This document shows, one piece after another, positions 7,378-11,332 of a stretch of 11,332 bases of DNA. The translations under genes were made by a program, and so were the position numbers. The stretch covers positions 1 to 11,332 of the forward strand of contig JBNJDT010000047.1 of assembly GCA_051745145.1 (NCBI GenBank). Reading direction: 5' to 3'. The notes under the pieces are model-generated. The model made no database searches, was not told the DNA's origin, and saw only the letters and a program-made list of their open reading frames with translations. Numbering within the stretch: the stretch's first letter is position 1; each line of letters starts with the position of its first letter. This DNA is from Elusimicrobiota bacterium (GTDB taxonomy: Bacteria > CG03 > SLGR01 > JAGXOG01).

Positions 7378-7740
7378 TTAGAATGAAATAACTTTGTCGC
7401 TGTCAATTACCCATTCGGACAACGCCTGCATTGTTGACTTTTCGGCGCCTTCAAAATACGGTCTGTTCTTATAAATTCCGCAGCGGGCCATGCAGGTTCC
7501 GCAGACTTTAACAGGTACTCCTTCTTTTATTAAATCTTTCAACATCTCTGAAAGATCCTGGTCGTATTCTTCGGGCGGCGTGCACTCTTCCCTTGCCATA
7601 TCAACAGAATCATTCATAAGAAATATTCTGATATCCTGCTCCATCTCCTTGAGCTTACCGGCAAGACGGAGACCGTTCCAGGTTACATCTGTACTGTCAT
7701 ACGGCTGTCTGTTAAAAATAATTAATGCTTTCATAATCAC
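7378..7740 (-). CDS. DsrE/DsrF-like (YchN-type) sulfur-relay protein
   Basis: IIFNRQPY…WNGLRLA…IRIFLMNDSV…VKVCGTCMARCG…LSEWVIDSDKVISF. The start may be GTG 7740 or ATG 7734, with a GGGAG SD upstream. It is 3 bp from the next gene. Confidence 0.88.
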   Translation of the reverse strand: MIMKALIIFNRQPYDSTDVTWNGLRLAGKLKEMEQDIRIFLMNDSVDMAREECTPPEEYDQDLSEMLKDLIKEGVPVKVCGTCMARCGIYKNRPYFEGAEKSTMQALSEWVIDSDKVISF

Positions 7741-7812
7741 TCATTCTCCCTTATTCTCTTTTTTTACAATCTTAACCTCACAAATACCTTTTACCCTATT
7801 AAATTTTATTTT

Positions 7813-7840
7813 ATTCTATGCATTTTTTTAGGGTTTACAA
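7813..7840 (-). promoter_or_regulatory. Possible sigma70 promoter for the dsrE cluster: TTGTAA-N16-TAGAAT
   Basis: Minus-strand TTGTAA at 7840-7835 and TAGAAT at 7818-7813. The AT-rich context makes a chance match possible. Confidence 0.35.
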
Positions 7841-7902
7841 CTATTCGTATATCCAGGCAAGATTGTAAATCATATTCAATTTCCTATTCCTTACGGTGAT
7901 CT

Positions 7903-8466
7903 TTATGTTTCCTCAGTTTTGAGACTTTCTTCAGTTAAAAATTTACTTTTGATCTCCGTTGACATAAATCTTCTTATTATGTTCCCTAAAAAAACCGTAA
8001 CTATCACTCCAAAAAATATAGAGACAGCTCTTATGGTAGTTACTACACTTTTAAAATTGGGAAGATGAATCCCATAACTTGAAAAGGGCATTTTTGTTAA
8101 TAAATAACTCTGAAGCAACAGACCGCCTATCGACTGGATTATGACAATAACCAACAAAATTATAAAAATTACCCGGGCCCAGTTTTTTCTTCTCAATACT
8201 CCAATTGAACTAATAACCATGAGTACGGAACTTAACAAAAAAATAATCATAATTACCTGCATATTATTAATAAAAAACCGGCTGAATTCAGGCAGCTGCC
8301 CCAATATTGAAGGTGCCTGCCATATTCTCTGCATCTCATTAAAAGGTGACGCAAAATTAATAGTAATAATTTTAAGAATGCCCCCTAAAGCCGAAAAACT
8401 GCTTAACACCAAAAATAACCACGCAATCCTATTTATAAATTTATCGTTTTTTGATTTTTTAGTCAT
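7903..8466 (-). CDS. Hypothetical integral membrane protein (~4 TM helices)
   Basis: 187 aa with four hydrophobic segments and the loop motif SSIGVLRRKNWAR. No family recognised. Confidence 0.75.
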   Translation of the reverse strand: MTKKSKNDKFINRIAWLFLVLSSFSALGGILKIITINFASPFNEMQRIWQAPSILGQLPEFSRFFINNMQVIMIIFLLSSVLMVISSIGVLRRKNWARVIFIILLVIVIIQSIGGLLLQSYLLTKMPFSSYGIHLPNFKSVVTTIRAVSIFFGVIVTVFLGNIIRRFMSTEIKSKFLTEESLKTEET

Positions 8467-8596
8467 AATATATTTAACATTTTTATTTTTAAACCCTCTT
8501 TTTATTATATTACTAATTTTTCAATTTTATTATAGGATGTCCGTAAGTATCAGCATTTAAACCTAAAATTTACAGTACTTTCTCCTTCTATATCAA

Positions 8597-8625
8597 TTGA
8601 TTATTGATTTAAAAATATATAGAAT
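8597..8625 (+). promoter_or_regulatory. Possible sigma70 promoter TTGATT-N17-TAGAAT for the 8691 gene
   Basis: TTGATT at 8597-8602, a 17-nt spacer and TAGAAT at 8620-8625. The SD TAAGGAG at 8677-8683 precedes the ATG. Confidence 0.5.
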
Positions 8626-8690
8626 ACTGATATTGGTATATACACAGATAAGGATATGTAAAAAAAATTCACCCTCTAAGGAGTATTTAT

Positions 8691-9230
8691 ATGATTAAAA
8701 AATTTCTAATTACGGCTTTTATTATATCTCTCGGTATCAGCGCAAAAGCTCTGGCCAGCAGTCCCCTTCAGTTAAGTCTAACACCTGATATTGCCATCCA
8801 TGACAGCAACGAAACAATCAAAGGACTATCACTCGGGCTATGGGGAGAAAACCCCCAAAACGCTCTGGCCATAGGAATTGCCCAGGGCTCAACCGGCAAA
8901 AGTTCCGGAATAAGTCTTGCTTATCTTAACTATGCTGATAGCTACAGAGGTATACACTGGGGTCTGGCAAATTATACAACTAATGAATTTACCGGCTGGC
9001 AGGCGGGCTTTTTAAATTACACTGAAGGCAATGTAAAAGGTTTACAGAGCGGCACAATAAACTACGCCAACCGTTTACACGGAATACAGTGGGGATTTAT
9101 TAACTATGCAAAAACTGTCGAATCAGGCCTGCAGGTAGGAATGATAAATATAATTACCGAAAGTAAAATTTTAATGAATCTGCCCGGCGAAATTTCTCCG
9201 CTGATGGTTTTTGTTAACTGGAAATTTTAG
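8691..9230 (+). CDS. Exported LA_2272/VC2662-like short-repeat surface protein
   Basis: Signal peptide (…AKALA/SS), ~14-15-aa repeats GIHWGLANYT / GWQAGFLNYT / GLQSGTINYA / GIQWGFINYA / GLQVGMINI, a C-terminal PLMVFVNWKF and a strong SD. Confidence 0.82.
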   Translation: MIKKFLITAFIISLGISAKALASSPLQLSLTPDIAIHDSNETIKGLSLGLWGENPQNALAIGIAQGSTGKSSGISLAYLNYADSYRGIHWGLANYTTNEFTGWQAGFLNYTEGNVKGLQSGTINYANRLHGIQWGFINYAKTVESGLQVGMINIITESKILMNLPGEISPLMVFVNWKF

Positions 9231-9266
9231 TATATTTTTGACTTTTACTTTTTCTTCTCAATTCAA

Positions 9267-10178
9267 TCAAAAACTGGTTTTAACTGATATATTATGGGGA
9301 GACTTCAAAGCTTTAGATATTCCCATTGAATAGTCAAATCTATACCGCTGCCAGTTAACTCCCATACCTATCTGTAAATTGCTGTCATCAGTATCGGGGG
9401 CTGATATATTTATCCGGTAACCCAATCGCGCCTCACCTACCCCGCAGTAACTGTATTCAACGCCCATAAGAGCAAAAAACTGATTTTCACTGAAAAAATA
9501 CGGTACTTCCAAACCGGTATTTAGATACCCGTCATATATATCTCTTGAGTAAGAAATTCCCGCGGCCGCATTTAACGGCAATTTATCGCCGTCACTTATA
9601 TATTTAAGTTCTGTCCCCAAATTTCTTATCGCCAGGCCTCCGCTTACTCCTTTAAATATTTCCGGATATTGCATTCCCATATCCACCGCAAAAGCGGTGG
9701 CATTATTTCCGAATACTTCACTTGTTATAATTTTTAAATTGATACCCACAGGATACCCGTAAAATATTTTAGAGAGCCCCGCAGTCAGGGCAACATCCTT
9801 CTGACCGGTCTTTAGGATACGGTTATCCGAAGTATCATACAGTTCTATCTTGCCGGTAGAATAATACTGTAGGGCCACTCCGGAATTCACATCCTTAAAA
9901 TTACGGGTATAAACTCCGCCGCCATAAGTTTCCCCGGCAAAACCCCGGCGATACATAAAAACTACTTCCTGCCCGGTCAAATTATAAATGCCGGCCGGAT
10001 TGTTAAGCATAATATCCCCGGTGCCGTTTAAGGCCACGCCCGCCTGGGCAAGCCCCTTCATCCTTGCCGATAACCCTTCAAGAACAATCTCCCCTCCCGA
10101 AATCCCGGGCCCTGAAGCATATATATTTACGGCCGTAAAAACTGAAAACATACCGGTTATTATTAATTTTTTCATCAT
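9267..10178 (-). CDS. PorV/PorQ-family (FadL-like fold) outer-membrane beta-barrel
   Basis: Signal peptide (…NIYA/SG), N-terminal SARMKGLAQAGVAL…NNPAGI motif, ATAFAVDMG, GLAIRNLG…DKLP, ARLGY, FDYS and a C-terminal Phe. It starts 6 bp after the upstream stop (TAAGGGGCG-ATG). Confidence 0.85.
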   Translation of the reverse strand: MMKKLIITGMFSVFTAVNIYASGPGISGGEIVLEGLSARMKGLAQAGVALNGTGDIMLNNPAGIYNLTGQEVVFMYRRGFAGETYGGGVYTRNFKDVNSGVALQYYSTGKIELYDTSDNRILKTGQKDVALTAGLSKIFYGYPVGINLKIITSEVFGNNATAFAVDMGMQYPEIFKGVSGGLAIRNLGTELKYISDGDKLPLNAAAGISYSRDIYDGYLNTGLEVPYFFSENQFFALMGVEYSYCGVGEARLGYRINISAPDTDDSNLQIGMGVNWQRYRFDYSMGISKALKSPHNISVKTSF

Positions 10179-10184
10179 CGCCCC

Positions 10185-11330
10185 TTATTTTACTACCGCA
10201 ACTTTTTTAGTTTTTTCTATCCCCGGGCCTGTAATATAAATTATATATACTCCCGAAGAAACACTACTGCTATTTATATTTTTGCAGTTCCACTCCATAT
10301 AGTCCGGTCCGATGCTGACTCTCTTTTTTTCTTTCCAGACAAGCTGTCCTCTGGGGGTATATATTTTAACCCGAACCGTACCTGAATCTTTCGGGTTAAA
10401 ATGTATTTTTGCCTTTTCCCCTATAGCCGGATTTACATAACCGTTATCACCCCCCTGAACTTTAACGTCCCCGGCTGTAAGTTCCATATTCCCTTCTGCA
10501 ATTTTAACTTCAAAGACCCCGGTTTTTAAAGCTGTGGAACCTGGAGCATTTGATACGGTTATATCCCTTAACCCTAAACTTGCGTTTTCCGCTATCGATA
10601 TATTTGCCGCTATGGAGTTATTGCCGGAGACAACGCTGGAGTTTACGGATATGCCGCTGCCGCTGAAGTTAACTTCGGAGCCCTCATAAAAATTTATCCC
10701 AGTAACTGTTAAATCCACTGACTCCCCCTGCCTGCCGGAAGACGGCGAAACCGCTGATATTTCCGGCGACGCGATATATTTTATAACTAAATAATCATCA
10801 TCTTCATTTTTGCTTTTCCCGGCAGCAAAAATATTATCCTGGCTGTCAACTGCAACTGCATAAGCTACATCATCATCTCCCCCGTCATAGCTTGCCGATG
10901 ATATTTTTACTAAATCAGAATCATATTTTATGGTAAAAAAATCATCATATGTCCCGTCATACCTTCTTCCGGTGACAATAATATTATTTTCGCTGTCAAC
11001 TGTAACGGCTTGAGCTTCATCAACATCCCCTCCGTTATAGCTTACCGATGATATTTCTACTAAATCGGAATCATATTTTATGGTAAAAAAATCAGCATTT
11101 GTCCCGTTGTTACTATATCCGGTAATAATAATATTATCTTCACTGTCAACTGTAACTGAATGGGCCTGATCATTATTGCCGGCTGCATTTGCATAGGTCG
11201 CAGATGATTTAACTGTTGTCAGGCCTGAACTATATTTTATAGTGAAATAATAATAATCTGGCCCGTTATCAGTATATCCGGTAACAATAATATTATCCTC
11301 ACTGTCAACTGTAACTGCTTCGGCATAATC
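10185..11330 (-). CDS. 5'-truncated surface protein: SBBP-like beta-propeller repeats + IPT/TIG Ig domain + FlgD-Ig/T9SS type-A-like C-terminal sorting domain
   Basis: The track's 177-aa ORF is only the tail. The same frame is open to the window edge: DYAEAVTVDSEDNIIVTGYTDNGPDYYYFTIKYSS…DQAHSVTVDSEDNIIITG…DFFTIKYDSDL…DEAQAVTVDSENNIIVTG…DVAYAVAVDSQDNIFAAG…DYLVIKY, then SPEISAVSPSSGRQGESVDLTVTGINF (IPT/TIG), then NP…AKIHF…VKIYTPRGQLV…WNCKN…VSSGVYIIYI…KKVAVVK. Confidence 0.9.
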   Translation of the reverse strand, partial: DYAEAVTVDSEDNIIVTGYTDNGPDYYYFTIKYSSGLTTVKSSATYANAAGNNDQAHSVTVDSEDNIIITGYSNNGTNADFFTIKYDSDLVEISSVSYNGGDVDEAQAVTVDSENNIIVTGRRYDGTYDDFFTIKYDSDLVKISSASYDGGDDDVAYAVAVDSQDNIFAAGKSKNEDDDYLVIKYIASPEISAVSPSSGRQGESVDLTVTGINFYEGSEVNFSGSGISVNSSVVSGNNSIAANISIAENASLGLRDITVSNAPGSTALKTGVFEVKIAEGNMELTAGDVKVQGGDNGYVNPAIGEKAKIHFNPKDSGTVRVKIYTPRGQLVWKEKKRVSIGPDYMEWNCKNINSSSVSSGVYIIYITGPGIEKTKKVAVVK

Positions 11331-11332
11331 AT
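10782..11332 (-). repeat. Intragenic tandem repeat, ~150-bp period (50-53-aa propeller blades), at least 4 units
   Basis: The anchor ctgtcaactg recurs at 10843, 10993, 11143 and 11302 (spacings 150, 150, 159, all multiples of 3). 10881-10957 and 11031-11107 are about 90% identical. Confidence 0.9.

Noticed and set aside
8545..8552. Second Rrf2 site (aagtatca half-site)
   Set aside because: Only one half matches, with no partner half at 8-3-8 spacing.
8592..8608. FNR/CRP-family box (TTGAT/ATCAA half-sites)
   Set aside because: The half-sites are in the wrong order and spacing (ATCAA before TTGAT) for TTGAT-N4-ATCAA.
9231..9266. Bidirectional intrinsic terminator between the convergent genes
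   Set aside because: The region is T-rich but has no GC stem-loop.
6561..10239. Plus-strand ORFs 6561-6785, 7490-7831, 8141-8560 and 9988-10239
   Set aside because: They are antisense shadows of the J-domain, DsrE, membrane-protein and PorV-like genes.
10185..10718. 177-aa protein starting at GTG 10718
   Set aside because: This is not a true start. The frame is open to the window edge and the GTG falls inside the IPT/TIG domain.
10782..11332. Repeats as a CRISPR array or DGR template/variable repeat pair
   Set aside because: The periods are multiples of 3 and encode in-frame propeller blades. There are no unique spacers, mismatches are not adenine-specific, and no cas or reverse transcriptase gene is in the window.

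Overview
AT-rich bacterial chromosomal segment from a diderm (two-membrane) organism. Almost all genes are on the minus strand. Read in transcription order (right to left): (1) a 5'-truncated surface protein (beta-propeller repeats + IPT/TIG Ig domain + FlgD/T9SS type-A-like C-terminal sorting domain), followed 6 bp later by a PorV/PorQ-like beta-barrel; (2) a convergent plus-strand exported GxQxGxxNY-repeat (LA_2272-like) protein and a divergent 4-TM membrane protein; (3) a tight cluster of a DsrE/YchN-like protein, a stand-alone NadR-type kinase, a small J-domain protein and a TM1293-like SAM methyltransferase; (4) a putative trans-envelope lipid/hydrophobe transport operon: TetR, MMPL/RND transporter, LolA-like periplasmic protein, DUF1302-like outer-membrane barrel, cupin; (5) a 3-Cys Rrf2 regulator that runs off the left edge and is missing from the ORF track. 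Regulatory signals read directly from the DNA are near-consensus sigma70 promoters for rrf2 and tetR, a perfect 8-3-8 palindrome over the rrf2 -10 element, and a duplicated 22-bp putative TetR operator in front of both tetR and the MMPL gene. I see no RNA genes, CRISPR arrays or mobile elements. Family assignments come from motif recognition, not database searches.
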